Origin: Octopus sinensis
Taxonomy: Eukaryota
Direction: 5' to 3'
Assembly: GCF_006345805.1 (NCBI RefSeq)
Contig: NC_042997.1
Location: 43,896,001 to 43,960,000, forward strand
Length of the DNA stretch: 64,000 nt
The position numbers and the translations under genes are program-made. The notes under the pieces were generated by a model, which saw nothing but the letters and a program-made list of their open reading frames with translations, was not told where the DNA came from and made no database searches. Shown here piece after piece: positions 35,482 through 48,949 of this stretch; position 1 is the stretch's first letter; each line of letters starts with the position of its first letter.

Positions 35482-36254
35482 TCTTATATATATATAAATA
35501 AGAGTGTCTGTGTGTGTGCACGCGCGTATGTTCCTTATGCATTTCAAAACCGAGTTGCCATTTTTGACGTATGGGGTATCAAGATTCAGTAAGCTTCTGG
35601 CTACCAACTAAACTACATTTTCATTCACTTATTTGCATTACAAAAATTTAAGATTATTTTTCTTTTAGTCACCTATCGTAAACGACATCTTTTACCACCA
35701 CCACAACGACGATGACATCACATTTTCTATGTGTTGGCGCGTTCGTTACGTGCGCTAGGCCGATGACTGACAAGTATATGTCAGTCATTTCAACCAAAAT
35801 TGCAGTGTTCCTTACGATACTGACGATGTGTGAATAATGAAAGTAATGTTTCTCCGAATTAGTCACATCTGTATTATAATAAAGAAAGTTGCTTAGGCGA
35901 TCTTTCGTTTTGACTTGCAGAGCTGTTATCTGCGTTCGTTAATTTCTGTAAAAAATTTTATTTACTTTTGTTTTAAAGTGAAAGAGAGGAGAACATGAAG
36001 GATGTATGTACGTGTATATGAAATGGATGTGTGTGTATGTGAGAGAGAGAGAGAGGGGGGTGAAGGTGGAAAGAGTGAGAGAGGAATGAAGAAAGAAAGA
36101 GAGTGAGTGAAGGGGTATGTTGTCATGTATACGCACATACCTCAATACATATGCATACATTTTTTTGAATGTACATGTGCGTGTGTGTGTGCGAGAGAGA
36201 GTGAACGTGTGTTCTCATGTATGTGTAAGTGGCACTCTCTCTTTCTTTCTTTCT

Positions 36255-36287
<33 letters not shown>

Positions 36288-36704
36288 GTCCATTTCATAT
36301 ATACGTTCGTACATTTTTCACTAACGAAACATAGCCGTTCCTTATTATCTATCTACCAAATAAACTGTTTTTCACTCAACAACTTTTTTTTACAACTAAA
36401 ATAACCCTGGCAACTACGCGGGTCGCACAATTTTAGGTCATTTTCGGGAAATATTTGAAAACATGATTTCTGGACAAAATCATATTAACCCACTTTTATA
36501 CGATGAAATAATACATAGTTTGTGATCCTTCTTAAGAACAGAAAGCACTTTCACGCAAACCCATTCACTTTTAAACAAACATTAAACTTCCATTATGCCA
36601 TTAACTATATGTCAGCGGTGCCGATTCTGCCCATAAGAAAGGAGCAAATAATACAATGTGCCTGTAAGTCACAATATCCGGGCAACGCCGGGATGCATTA
36701 CTAG
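35482..36704 (+). mobile_element. Probable ~1.2-kb non-autonomous Helitron
   Basis: 5' a|TCTTATATATATATAAATAAGAG and 3' CCGGGCAACGCCGGG hairpin...CTAG|t. Pairing these two ends is an inference. Confidence 0.6.
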
Positions 36705-36994
36705 TTAATATATAAATTATGGTTTAATATGAATAATGTAAATATGTCCCCATTCAAACACAGAGTAAATTAATGCTTTTTGGCTCCATGAAAATGAAAA
36801 CATCTATCTTGTCAGAAGCTAAAGGTTTTCAGACAAACTTCACAACTGGTGTTGGCTTTTTTTATGTCTCCGTAACTTAGCGGTTCGGCAAAAGACACTG
36901 ATAGAGTAAGTATCAAGCTTTAAAACTAAGTACTAGGGTCGATTTGTTCAACTAAATCCCTTCAAAGTGGTGCCCAAGTATGGCTGGTATGATG

Positions 36995-38398
36995 TTCTTG
37001 TCTGCTAGTTTGATTCCGAATAATATCTGTCAGCTGCTCGACCATCCCTTGGACACAAGAAACAACAGTATTTTCTGAAGCTTGACTGCATTCCCATTAA
37101 TATTCCAATGACTTTTAAATCTCCACATATTTTCCATGAGTATCTTTCATAGGCAATGGCATGAAGTAAAAGTTCCATATTCTTATATGATACATGAAGA
37201 TGAACGGAGTGTGCAATAGGAATGGAGGGCTTCAAATTACCATTATGGAGAAGTACAGCTTTTAAACTTCGCTTCGAAGTGTCAATAAACAAATGCCACT
37301 CTGCAGGATCATGATTTTGTGATAAACATTTGAAAAGTCCATCGATGTTACTGTAAAAGAAAAACACATTTGTAGAACCACATTTCTCTGCCAAAAATAA
37401 GTTATACGGGCACCGTGCTCTAGCAGATACTCCTCCTTCAGTCTTGGTGCCAACAGTTCTGTTTTATCTTTTGAGAGGGATAGGTCTCTGACAAGGTCAT
37501 TCAGTTCAGCTCGGGAAAATTTCTGAGGTTCAAAGCAATTGTGACAGTCAGTATCATCGTCTGATGTTTGAATACCATCATTTGGTGGAACTGAAATTGA
37601 CAGACTTCCATTGTAAGGCACACGTCTCGTTGTAGAATCCAATTTGGGATACACAATTTTGTGCTTATTCTTCATAGAAATTCTGTGACACTTACTTCGA
37701 AAAAATAAAATGGTCTTTCGGCTCCCTCCATATCATTGGAATGGCAAAAGACACGGACTTCTTATTATTGTTGAACCAGTCACATAAGCCATTTGAGCAA
37801 GCTGAGCAGATAAAATGTGGTGCCCATAACTTGTCCTGATCTCCAAGAGGACAGCCAAAGTGCAGCTTATAAATCTTCTTGATCTCTGGTGTCATTGTAC
37901 GTTTTGGAGCTTTCACAATAAATTGACCTCAGACATAACAAACACATCAAGACGATTTCTACACTGTCTTGACATCGTTAACACTGTAAAACAAGTAAGG
38001 AAATAGGTACAAACGGTTATACTTATATTGAATTTGAAATGATAAAATATTTCATCAGACCAATTTTGACTGGACAATTTGAGATGTTTGAAATACCTAT
38101 TTCATTAGGCAAAACTTGATTGGTTAATTTAAGATGACGAAATATTGCATCTGAACTATGCAGCAATGAATAATGTAGCTTATTTTAAAGGTGTGTTTCC
38201 ATGATGTAAATGAAATACATGCATACACGTCATTAATTGGAATTTCTATATAATGCATGCACTAAAACCAAAAAACTTTCTCATCTTGAAAACTGTACGT
38301 GATGTCAAAAACACTAATTGTATATTTGAAATCAGCATTAAAAACTACACTGGGTACACCTTGGCATATACTTGATGAAAATTACTTGTTCACCAGTG
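36995..38398 (-). mobile_element. Decayed Chapaev3-like (CMC) DNA transposon
   Basis: MSRQCRN...GCPLGDQDKLWAPHFICSAC...PMIWREPKDH, FSRAELNDLVRDLSLSK, and LFIDTSKRSLKAVLLHNGN...ICGDLKV...CCFLC. 5' terminus CACTGGTGAAC at 38398. The family assignment comes from recalled motifs. Confidence 0.7.
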
Positions 38399-38954
38399 TT
38401 AATAGGCGGGTTACACAACTAAAAAAAAACTGAAGTTAAATTTTCCTTAGGTGTGCCATTCAATTCGCCCATGACTGACGTAGAGACTTTCTGGTAGGTT
38501 GGTTGGCTGGCTGGCTGGTTGATTAGCATAACTGTATAGCCTTCCTTGTTTGGATTGAAAAACTTGTTTCCATGCTATTTATACTAGTGGCGAAGTCGAC
38601 GACACGAAAGATATAACTCATATCTAAAAACAAAGGTAAGAGAGATTTGGTGTGACAAATTACAGAAGGATGATAGTTTTTATTGAGGCAAGTTTGCAGA
38701 TCCTGTCGTTTCCACAGGAGAATTGATATATACCGGAGCCCATGCCACCAATGACAATCCAAGCTGAACTATCAAAACGATGAATGAACAACAACTGACA
38801 GAATTTGTAATGTTTCTTGCTTTTATCCATTGGACCACTAGACGAAATTTCTTTGCTTTTCTCCTTTTGATAATTTGCATATTAGGAAAGAGACTAAACG
38901 GTTTGGCAAGAATGTGAATGGTAGTTGTCATAAACTGTTTCATACGATGCCTTC

Positions 38955-39350
38955 TTACTCTTTTACTTGTTTCAGTCATTTGACTGCGGCCATGCTGGAG
39001 CACCACCTTTAGTCGAGCAAATTGACCCCAGGACTTATTCTTTGTAAGCCTACTACTTATTCTATCGGTCTCTTTTTGCCGAACTACTAAGTTACGGGGA
39101 CGTAAACACACCAGCATCGGTTGTCAAGCGATGTTGGGGGGACAAACACAGACACATAAACACACACATATATATATATATATACATATATATGACGGGC
39201 TTCTTTCAGTTTCCGTCTACCAAATCCACTCACAAGGCTTTCGTTGGCTCAAGGCTATAGTAGAAGACACTTGCCCAAAGTGGCATGCAGTGGGACTGAA
39301 CCTGGAACCATGTGGTTGGTAAGCAAGCTACTTACCACACAGCTATTCAT
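38955..39350 (-). mobile_element. SINE family A
   Basis: Full-length copy. Confidence 0.85.
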
Positions 39351-39842
39351 GTGCCTATATCAATTATTTACAAACAATAAATTATTTTTTTAACATGAAG
39401 CCTGCCCACTTCCTAACATTGAAAATCTTGTGTGTTCTATTTCTCTCAAAAATCTCAGCAAACCAGATTTCAAAGCTGGACACTCCCAGATTTTCACAAT
39501 GACAAAAGACACAATATATTGCAAGGTGACTGATGCTTATTCTAGTTTACAAAGGTAACCTTTAATGTGAAAAATATGATGGTATGGCGAGACATGAGGT
39601 AACTTCTTAATAAACATCAAGGTAATTATATTTGGTACTTAGTTACAAATCTAAAATATCCATTGAGTTGTGAAGTGAGGTAAAAATCCCATAGGTGTAT
39701 GAATGCTGTTTTCTGATCGGCATTAATTCAGCAACAATTTGTCATCTGGATGAACAACTGACGTGTTTACAAACATGAGAACATACTTTCCAAAGTGAAT
39801 GTAATAACTGATTAATTTCTCCTCTTGTTACAATGGCTTGTA

Positions 39843-40209
39843 CAGGGTCAGGCAAAATGATCTGACACATTTGTAGGTTAAATAAAAGGCAAATGAAGTA
39901 AAGAAACAAAAAAGTGTTTTTATTTTTGAAAAGTATATATAATGCCATTTTGTTTCATTATGTTTTAAAAATGAAATCAGTCAAATGGGATCCATTATTC
40001 TCCACACACTGTCGAAGGCGTTCACGAAAGTTGCCAATAACTCGGCGGGTCATTTCATGTGGAATGGCAGTAATTTCTTGACGAATTGCATCTTTAAGTT
40101 GTTCGATCTATTGAACAACTTTTCAAAAATAAAAACACTTTTTTGTTTCTTTACTTCATTTGCCTTTTATTTAACCTACAAATGTGTCAGATCATTTTGC
40201 CTGACCTTG
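39843..40209 (-). mobile_element. Tc1/mariner-superfamily deletion derivative with ~90-bp TIRs
   Basis: TA TSD on both sides and CAGGGTCAGG termini. The internal minus-strand frame IEQLKDAIRQEITAIPHEMTRRVIGNFRERLRQCVENNGSHL is a transposase C-terminus. Confidence 0.88.
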
Positions 40210-41894
40210 TATAATTACAGACACTTATTTCAACAATGCAATGAAGTTGACAAAGCTATCAAAGAGCACAATTTATTTTATTTTCTAAGAGTCTCGACAT
40301 TATATTGAACAGCGGTAAAATTTTTTGTATGCCAAATGTTCATTACAATACAAAATATAATTAGTTCTCTGCAGCCTGAGCTAGAAAGGTTGATTACCCA
40401 AGGCTTAGCAATCTCAGGAAAGAATTTAAGATCAAAGATTATTTATGATAAAAGTGACAAAACGTTTTAAATTGTTCTATCTGCAATTTTGTGCTTAAAT
40501 ATGACAGGAGTAGCTCTTTGATGTTTACCGATTACTCATCACAGCTGCCATAGGATTCTATTGGCTGAAATATATACCTATAGGCATCTACTTGTCTGAA
40601 TAGGCTGTTAGCACTGTAGCTATTTTATTTCCAAATATGGTATTGTTGGCCAATACAGCAACTTATTTATGCAGATGTGTTGTCAAGTTTAAGATGAACA
40701 ACAACATTTTCTATTGGTACATACAGTTATATCTCTTCACATTCAGTACACACCCAGCAAAGCTGCTGATATTCTTACCAGATGCCTCTCTATAACATCT
40801 GGAATCACAGACTTTTGTCATTTCAGTTATGGCATTGTCAAATTCAAGAACTTACTATTTTCTTTAGGAGGTGTTTAATGAAAATGTAATGAATGCATTG
40901 TATTTCAACTGAAGCCTCAATTCTACAATCTTTCTCATGCCAAACTTACCAAATTCACACATCCATTTGAGCATCTCACTCACAACTTCAAATGTCCTCT
41001 CCCATTGTGTAACCTTTACTTCTACTTGATTAGTGCCAAGATACCAACTTATCTCTCAAAATGTTTGCGTTTTATTGGACAACAACAAAATTGTTCAAAC
41101 CAGAGCAATTCCATAATCATCACAGTGGAAACAATTAAATAGAACATATAAACAGAATTCCATGAAGAACAATGGCACTTGGTCTTTGTTTAAGAAAATT
41201 GCCAGAAAACAATGGAATTATTTTTTAAGAGATTCACGCCCTGCGATTAGATTCCACCTTTTTATTGCAAATGAACTTGAGCCTCATGAAAGACAAATTA
41301 ACTTGGTTCCAGCATCGCTTGTCAAACAAATAATCTTTTCTGAGACAGCTTTCTAAATCTGAAGATATTTTGCTTAGACAGTAAATATCAGCCAAAAAAA
41401 TCGATCCTATTATACTGATTGGTGCTACTCATCACTGTTTGTTTGAAATATTCAGATGTTCAAATTGTCAACCTCGACTGAAAATACGGATCCATTGAGA
41501 AGACTGAGTTCTATAAGAAATCGGTCAAAGTTTGGTTCGTGAAAAGAATTCCATTGATGGTTATCACAATATCACTTATTGGATGAGTCCAACTCAAACA
41601 AGTTCTGAGTCCACTGACAGAGATGTTCCATTGAAGATTGCCACAGTGACATGCTGAGAACTCAGGCTCAGTGAACATGCTCATGGAAACGGTTAAGCAT
41701 GATCCAATTATTCAAAAGAAAATCATGACCATACCATTTGAATCTCCTTGTCATTCAACAAGGATTTGGAACATACTGGAAACATTAAATCTTTAAAACA
41801 GTGATGTTATGGAATATTTCTGGTCTTGTGCTTTATGCCCTACTTTGGTTGGAGGTTGGCAGCCGTCCATTCACAAGAGAAGCAGATATGTTTA

Positions 41895-42430
41895 TCATCA
41901 TCATCATTGTTCGACCGTGGTCGAGACAATAGAATTTACCATGCTACGCCAGACTTCACAGTCCATCATGGCATTACGGAGGTCCTGTTGCTGGATGCCT
42001 GTATCCCTGGAGATTACATCAGGGTAGGAGAGTGTGCGCCCTCTGGTATTGCGAGTAGATGGCTTCCAGAGGAGAAGAGTAGAAATTACCTCTTTTTCAG
42101 CTCTACAACGATGTCCAGCAAACTGGACTCTCTTACCTTTCACAAGAGATGACACAGGTGGTAGTTTCCCATATATTTGCATTTTGGTTGGATGGCACTT
42201 CCACGAGAGATTTTGAGCTCTCATAAGGAGGCGAGTGTAGGTTCCATCCAACCGCCTCTCAAGCTTCTTTGATGACGTCCAGGTTTCTGAGCCATATAGT
42301 AGAATTGGTTCGACTGTGGCTTTGAAGATTTCAAGTTTGAAGTCTGTGCTTCGATTGATAAAGTTGAATATTTCAGCTAGATGAAACGATTTGATTTTTG
42401 TTAAGAGTTTTTCATCACAATGCAAAGGAA
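41895..42430 (-). mobile_element. RTE-superfamily LINE 3' fragment, second family
   Basis: Open frame FKATVEPILLYGSETWT...VQFAGH...WRSMVNSIVSTTVEQ* followed by a (TGA)n tail. Confidence 0.85.
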
Positions 42431-42572
42431 CAGCTCAACCACATCCACTGTAACATCATACCTATCTGCAGGTGGATTGAAACGAAGTGGAAAGTGGAGC
42501 GAATGCAAAGCTGGGCAGATCAAAGCAAAACAGATCTATGGGCCGTGCCTTGTTGTTAAGTTGACTACCTAC

Positions 42573-43276
42573 CAGTGACAGCTCATGTATAGGCACTGCA
42601 GAACTGCAGCATCCCCTATTTCCATTCAATATTATCGATAACATTCAATATAATGAGTCCTTTTTTTCTTTATTTCTTTCTTTATACTTGTACATTATAT
42701 AATCCTTAAGCTTAATGTAAGTAGACATCCCCTAGTTTATGAGAAAATATAAAAGTCCTTGTATAGGACTGTTCGCTTCACAGCTCCAGTGACGTGGTGT
42801 TTGGCTGTTGTGCACATGCTCACATGTCCAAGATAGGAAGCTGCATGCTAGGAAGAGAGAGCACTGTGGTTCATGCAGTGCCAACCCTGGTGTGTCAGTG
42901 AAAGGTAGTGTTTCTTTTTGACTCTGTGTGTGTTGCACTTAAAAACGCGTTTATATTCTTGAATGTGATAAAGTGTAGAATTAGATTATTATCCTGCTTC
43001 CAACTACAGTGTTGTTGCCAGGATCTGAAAAATAAGGCAGATCCACCCCCTTATTTTGTGATTTAGGGGAGATTTTTGAAAAACAAGGGGGAGTTTGCAG
43101 CAGTGTTTGGTGAATAAATTAAACACATTACCCGGCAGTGGCTAAAACACGAACCAATCAAGTTTATGTATAAATTTTCTTTTTATGTGTTTGTTTCCTT
43201 TTACACAATATTAAAACAATGGCTAAAGATCGTCTGAAGCAGCAACCTCACCAATTTTATCTACGAGCTGCCACTG
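42573..43276. mobile_element. Non-autonomous hAT element (704 bp)
   Basis: TIR CAGTGACAGCTC/GAGCTGCCACTG with a perfect 8-bp TSD CTACCTAC. Confidence 0.9.
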
Positions 43277-43644
43277 CTACCTACACAACTAAATGTTTTT
43301 TTTAGTTTCCACTGAAAAAGGAAAATGTTACAACATAGGTGGAACTACAGAATTTCCTTTTTATTAAATGTTGGCTTTGTAATCGTTCATTTTTCTTCTC
43401 ACAGATGACATATTATACCTTCTCCAGAGAAAACTTTAAGAGATATGACTGAAAAGAAATGGCAACAGAGTAATTGTCCAGGTTCTTTGGGAGCTTATCT
43501 CTCTGCAACAAAAGATTGTGTCAAAGATGTGTTTTTTCCTTATCCACTTGTTCAGTGACATATCCTTACCCTACTTCTGATATCTATGTTTTTACATAAT
43601 AATGCATTATTCCAGAGTAAAAACAAAATTTCTGGTAGTATCAT

Positions 43645-44045
43645 ACTCTTTTACTTGTTTCAGTCATTTGACTGCGGCCATGCTGGAGCACCGCCTTTAG
43701 TCGAGCAATTCGACCCCAGGACTTATTCTTTGTAAGCCCAGTACTTATTCTATCGGTCTCTTTTGCTGAACCGCTAAGTAACGGGGACGTAAACACACCA
43801 GCATCGATTGTCAAGCAATGCTAGGGGGACAAACAGACACAGAAACACACACACACATATATATATATATATAGATATATACGACAGGCTTCTTTCAGTT
43901 TCCATCTACCAAATCCACTCACAAGGCATTGGTCGGCCCGGGGCTATAGCAGAAGACACTTGCCCAAGATGCCACGCAGTGGGACTGAACCTGCAACCAT
44001 GTGGTTGGTTAGCAAGCTACTTACCACACAGCCACTCCTGCGCCT
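43645..44045 (-). mobile_element. SINE family A
   Basis: Full-length copy. Confidence 0.85.
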
Positions 44046-44655
44046 ATAATATATATATTTTTGTCCATCAAATAAAACAATATTTACTTTCCATTTTATA
44101 TTTCTCTGTATTTTCTGCTTAATTGCCAATTCAATTTTCATCGAGGGATTGTAACATTAATTACGTAGAATATAAGCACATTTAATTCAAGAAAACCTTG
44201 GGTAGGATGAAAGTGATCTGTTGGTTGAACCTTGATCATTAGTCCTCTCTTATCAGTTGTTAATTAGATAAATGAAATTAATTATGCTTAGAGCAATGAT
44301 TATAAGTCAAGTAATGACACTAGATTATGTAATAGAGAAAATAAAACAGAAAAAAATGTCAATCATCCAGAATCCGCATGCTTTCTCTGTGACCATAAAA
44401 TGGTCACCAAGAAAGTGAAAGAATTAATAATTGGTCATAAAACAAAACAAGAAGGTCTCTTATTTTCGTTGATGTAATCTTTTTCAGTGAAATAATGCCA
44501 AGGAATCATAAGCCAAAAAACATGCCAGCTGTTCAGAGGAAATTGCTTAGAACAGTGGTTCTTAACCTTTTTACTACCGCACCTCCCTTAGGAATTTGTC
44601 CTTCTCTCCATGCTCCCCTTTGCATCCATGAATAATATTCCCTCCCAGCTTTTAA

Positions 44656-44908
44656 CCCTTTTGTTACTGTATTTATTTTGAGATGTTCTGTGTTTCTTTC
44701 AATTAATTTTAAATACAACAGAAAATTTAGTAAAATGACCATCAAGCTGGTTTTAGGAACATAAATTTAGTAAAATGACCATCTAGCTGGTTTTAGGAAC
44801 ATAAATTGTGACTAAGGTTTGGTGGAAGATTTTAATTCAAAACTTATGAAAACAAGACATTTGTCCTCAGAGCCAGAGGCAGTTTCAGCCGGGTTGGTAT
44901 CAAAAGGG
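44656..44908. mobile_element. piggyBac-like MITE
   Basis: TTAA|CCCTTTTG...CAAAAGGG|TTAA. A related element lies at 13451-13664, with partial copies near 11540, 21190, 51430 and 63690. Confidence 0.75.
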
Positions 44909-45049
44909 TTAAATAAAACATTGAACATTATACAAAATATAATTTTATCTATAATCACATTACACAAAATGTGAGAAACTTGACACTGCTTCTTAGCAAA
45001 AAACAGTTTTTTTTATTGAATATGAATTAATCACATTATTAGTAAAATA

Positions 45050-46194
45050 CTTGACACTGCTTCTTAGCTACAAGATCTTGAACGCGTGGTTGAATGCCAG
45101 AGAGTGCACAACGTAAGTCCCTTTCAACGGTCATCCTGTTTCTGTACTTGGTCTTGACAACACAAGCATGGAAAATGCAGCTTCACAAAGATACGTGGAT
45201 CCAAACATAGCTAAAATCCAAAGAGCCTGATGTGAGATCAAAGAGTAAACAGGAAGGTACTTGAACCAGAATGTTTCAAGATCCAGTTCTTTGAAGTTTT
45301 CCTTAGCTGGGAGTTGAACTTCAGCTCAAGAAACTTCTCTTGCACTTCATTCAAAACATCAGTTACTTCACACTGAAATGGGTTCCTGGTGAATTTTCAA
45401 GCTTCACGCTTTTTATCTATATCTGTGAAGTATCTGATGAATTCTGTTCTCAAATCAGTTAGATGAGTGATTATTTATTTCTTGAACTCAGAATCATGGT
45501 TACCATAAATGAGAGCAGAATCCAAGTAACAAAAACTGGCTATATTTCCATGCTGAATTCGACATTTCTAGAGGTTGAGTTTGGCCATGAAGGTTTGAAT
45601 GGTGTCGTGGTGCGAGAGAATGTTGATGTTTTCTCTTGTAGTTTAAGGTCAAGAGCATTCAACGCTTCATCACACTGGATGGCAAAATCAGGAGAATATC
45701 TTACTTGGTCGAGAATTTGATCATTGATATCTTGAGACAAGTTGTCGATCCTTCCCTTGACTGTATCGTTTGATAGTGAAATCTGGGAAAGCTTGTTTGC
45801 ACTATCTTTCCCCAGAACGAGTTCTGCTGCATGGAGTAGACTTGGTTTTATGAGGATCTCCGATGTTGTGGCTCTTCTTGCTCTTTGCCATCAACATGGC
45901 GATCTCATAGGAAGCCTCAACAGCCATTGAAGTTTGTTGCTGAAATGCCACACTACTGTTCAAATTAGCTTGCTTCAAGGAATAGCTTTTTGTTTCAAAG
46001 AATACTTTGGACTTGTCTGCAAGAGCAGGATGTGTTGCCCTTAAGTGCCGTTCCAAGCATGAGGGTCGTATTCCATCATTGCTCAAAGTTTTGTAACATA
46101 TCACTCACTTGGAGACTTCTGTATCACACTTTTTGAGGGTCACGAATCCAAATCGAATTTATTCGTCAAGGTACTTCCGTTTCTTTGCACCCAT
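45050..46194 (-). pseudogene. Decayed hAT (Buster/Charlie, ZBED5/FAM200-like) transposase
   Basis: MGAKKRKY...ICYKTLSNDGIRPSCLERHL...EASYEIAMLMAKSKKSHNIG, FAIQCDE, and C-terminal DLRCALSGIQPRV. It is frameshifted and internally deleted. A CAGTGGTTCTTAAC end lies near 44553. Confidence 0.85.
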
Positions 46195-46340
46195 TGCGAA
46201 GTATTTGATGCGCAGTGGACAACACAAATATGTGAACAAAAGATAAGGCACGTGTGAGGTAATGTCAAGGTTCAAGTTAGAACGCTAGCCCCAGTTAGAA
46301 CACTTAGAGTAAAAAGTTCTGAAAAAGATTGTAATAATAA

Positions 46341-46825
46341 CGAGCAGTATCGCCCGGCGTTGCTCGGGTTTGTAAGGGAAATAACTATATAAGCATTTTT
46401 AGAGAGTTACTTCCCTTATAGATGCCAATTCGGGCTTTCTTAGCCATTTCTGTTTTGGTGTCTTCAAGCCATGAAGTCGTTGTTCTAAAAGAACGCTGGT
46501 CTCCTTGACAACGCTTTACGACGTTGATTTCCTTACACTCCCTTCCCCACAGCTTCACGAGGGAGGGAAGAAGAGGGAGAAGCAATCAGGTGCAGGTGTT
46601 TGAGTGTGGACGTCAACTCCGCCGCCATCGACACACGAAAAATTATGCATTAAAATGGAATAAAAAATTATGTTAAATTATTTTTAATACTCAGACGGGC
46701 TCGATATGAATCACGACTATAAAATACCCGAATTTGGTTAAACTGCACCGCAAAATGTGGGAGTAGTTAGGAATCTAAATCGAAGGGGACAGACACTCAC
46801 ACAACTACAGTTTTATATATATAGA
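46341..46825 (-). mobile_element. Non-autonomous Helitron variant with a different internal segment
   Basis: Same termini as the family (3' end reads CTCG). About 220 bp of GC-richer sequence at ~46420-46640 is absent from the other copies. Confidence 0.75.
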
Positions 46826-48059
46826 TATTTGGAATAAAAGTTAAATTAAAAGAAAAGTTATAGGAAAAATTTGTACAATAAAATATTGTGTTTATTCATA
46901 TGAAAATATAAAAAAAGTTTCTTTAAAAAAGAAAAGATTTTGCATAGCTTTTAGTTTTACCTAGTACTTTCTGTAATAATCAAATCTGAATTTTAGTTTA
47001 ACATTTGGCTTTATATTATTTTTTTTTCTTATAAAAAATTTACTATCAGTCAATGAGCTGATAGTGACAGCATCCAAAGTTGGTAGATAGGATCATAGAA
47101 ACCACTTCACCAAATCGTTTATAGCCATGTTTAACCAGATATACTAGGACCATTTCATTCATTACAAAGTTAGATGATACTTGACAACCAAACCTTGACA
47201 CTCCAGGGCAGGCTCTCACAACAGAACAGCATCAGGGACCATAAAACAGAGGAAGTAGTTCTTTCCATGGCTGTAGAAGGATCTGAGTTTGTAGCTAAGA
47301 ATGCAGCTACACTCACCCAATTCCCATAGTTTTAAAGGAAATTATAGCCCTGGTATCATTGGGAATTTAGTAATCCTAGTGATCACTGTGTCAGCCCTTG
47401 TTCATATGCTACAGACATATCCTTGTCCAAATAAGGGAAGCAGTCCCGAAATTAGTGGGAACAACTCTATCCAAAGTTGTTTCAAATAATGCCTATTTTA
47501 TGCAAATGATAAGTTCCGCACACCAAATCAGAACTGTTCATCTTAGCGAACACTCGAAAGTTCGTCCATCTCAGGCTGTCAACCATATCTCCATAACTAC
47601 TTACGGCAAAAAGCCCCTTACATTCAACCTTGGACTCTGGTGGGTCTTCAGAGGGGTCTTAAATTCAACACTAGAGTTGATTTCTTTCGTCACCTCAGTC
47701 TCATCATCATCATCATCATCGTTTAACGTCCGCTTTCCATGCTAGCATAGGTTGGACGGTTCAACTGGGGTCTGGGAAGCCAGAAGGCTGCACCAGGCTC
47801 CAGTCAGATCTGGCAGTGTTTCTACGGCTGGATGCCCTTCCTAACGCCAACCACTCCGTGAGTGTAGTGGGTGCTTTTTATGTGCCACCGACACAGGTGC
47901 CAGACGAGGCCAGTCTGTTAATGGATATTAAGTATCATCACTATTTACTCAGCTACCAATTTTACTGTAAAACTCACATAACACTTCTGCTAGTCTAGGT
48001 ATAACACACTTCTTCACAATCGCTCAGATATTGCATGTCCAGCGTATAGCAGCAGCAAA

Positions 48060-48300
48060 GTATTTAACATGGCAAAATACCAAGATTACCAGTGTCAGCT
48101 AAACCATATCATCTTGTTCCAGATTGGATGAAGACTGCCAAGTCAGAATTTGATCATATGCTTAAACCAGGAATAATACCTTCCAAGAGGGATTTATTAC
48201 CATTATTATTATATTTAGTTAAAAAGCTGCCAGCTGACTATCATCCTAGTAACGATCGTTGTACACTGTCTTCAGTTTCCATTTCTGTTAAACACTCAAA
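48060..48300 (+). mobile_element. Gypsy-like LTR retrotransposon RT N-terminal relic
   Basis: PYHLVPDWMKTAKSEFDHMLKPGII...LVKK resembles the Gypsy K-AKAEFDHMLQLGIIRPS...MVPKK segment. Confidence 0.55.
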
Positions 48301-48949
48301 TGTGAAGTAAAATAATGTCTCTCAACAAAGCATAGTAATTCATCTTTCAGAACATACAATAAATAACTTGAGTCACTGTTGAATCCTTAATCATATAACT
48401 AAGTGTTGCAACCTTACAACTGCTGTATTTTGGGACGTTAACTAAGAATCTATACTCAAGCTGTATCCACATCATCATCTACGTATTATTCTATTAAATT
48501 AGCATCTTTTTACACAACAAGATGCTCTACATCCACTGCTATATATCACAACTCTTTGAGCCTAGTGAAGCATCTTCCTCCTGGTTAAAGAGGAGTCTGC
48601 AGTTAGCATTCATCCTCATGTTCTTTCTTTTCAGTTTCCATTGAAACAGAACAGGTGGGGGTATCTGTTGAGCATAATGTATCTGGGTATATCAGGAATG
48701 AGATACCCGGCATTAAATCTCTAACAGATATTCTCCAGTCTCTGGCCCAGGGGCTTGCTGTCTCCTCTCCCTCTTTTTTTCTGTTGCTACTTTAATGTCT
48801 GGTGTTCTTTGGAACTGGCTGGGCTCATACTTCCTCCACTCAAGCACTCCCTGATCCACCCCTCATCACCCTAACAACCATGCTCAGTCCTTTCTCCAGA
48901 ATTTCAGAGCTCTAGAATCTTCTCCCAGTAATAACCCTCCTATAATAAT

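Noticed and set aside
40320-41800. 1.5 kb of apparently unique, repeat-free sequence as a hidden exon or gene
   Set aside because: No sustained ORF, recognisable domain or consistent splice-site pair was found by eye. RNA-seq would be needed.
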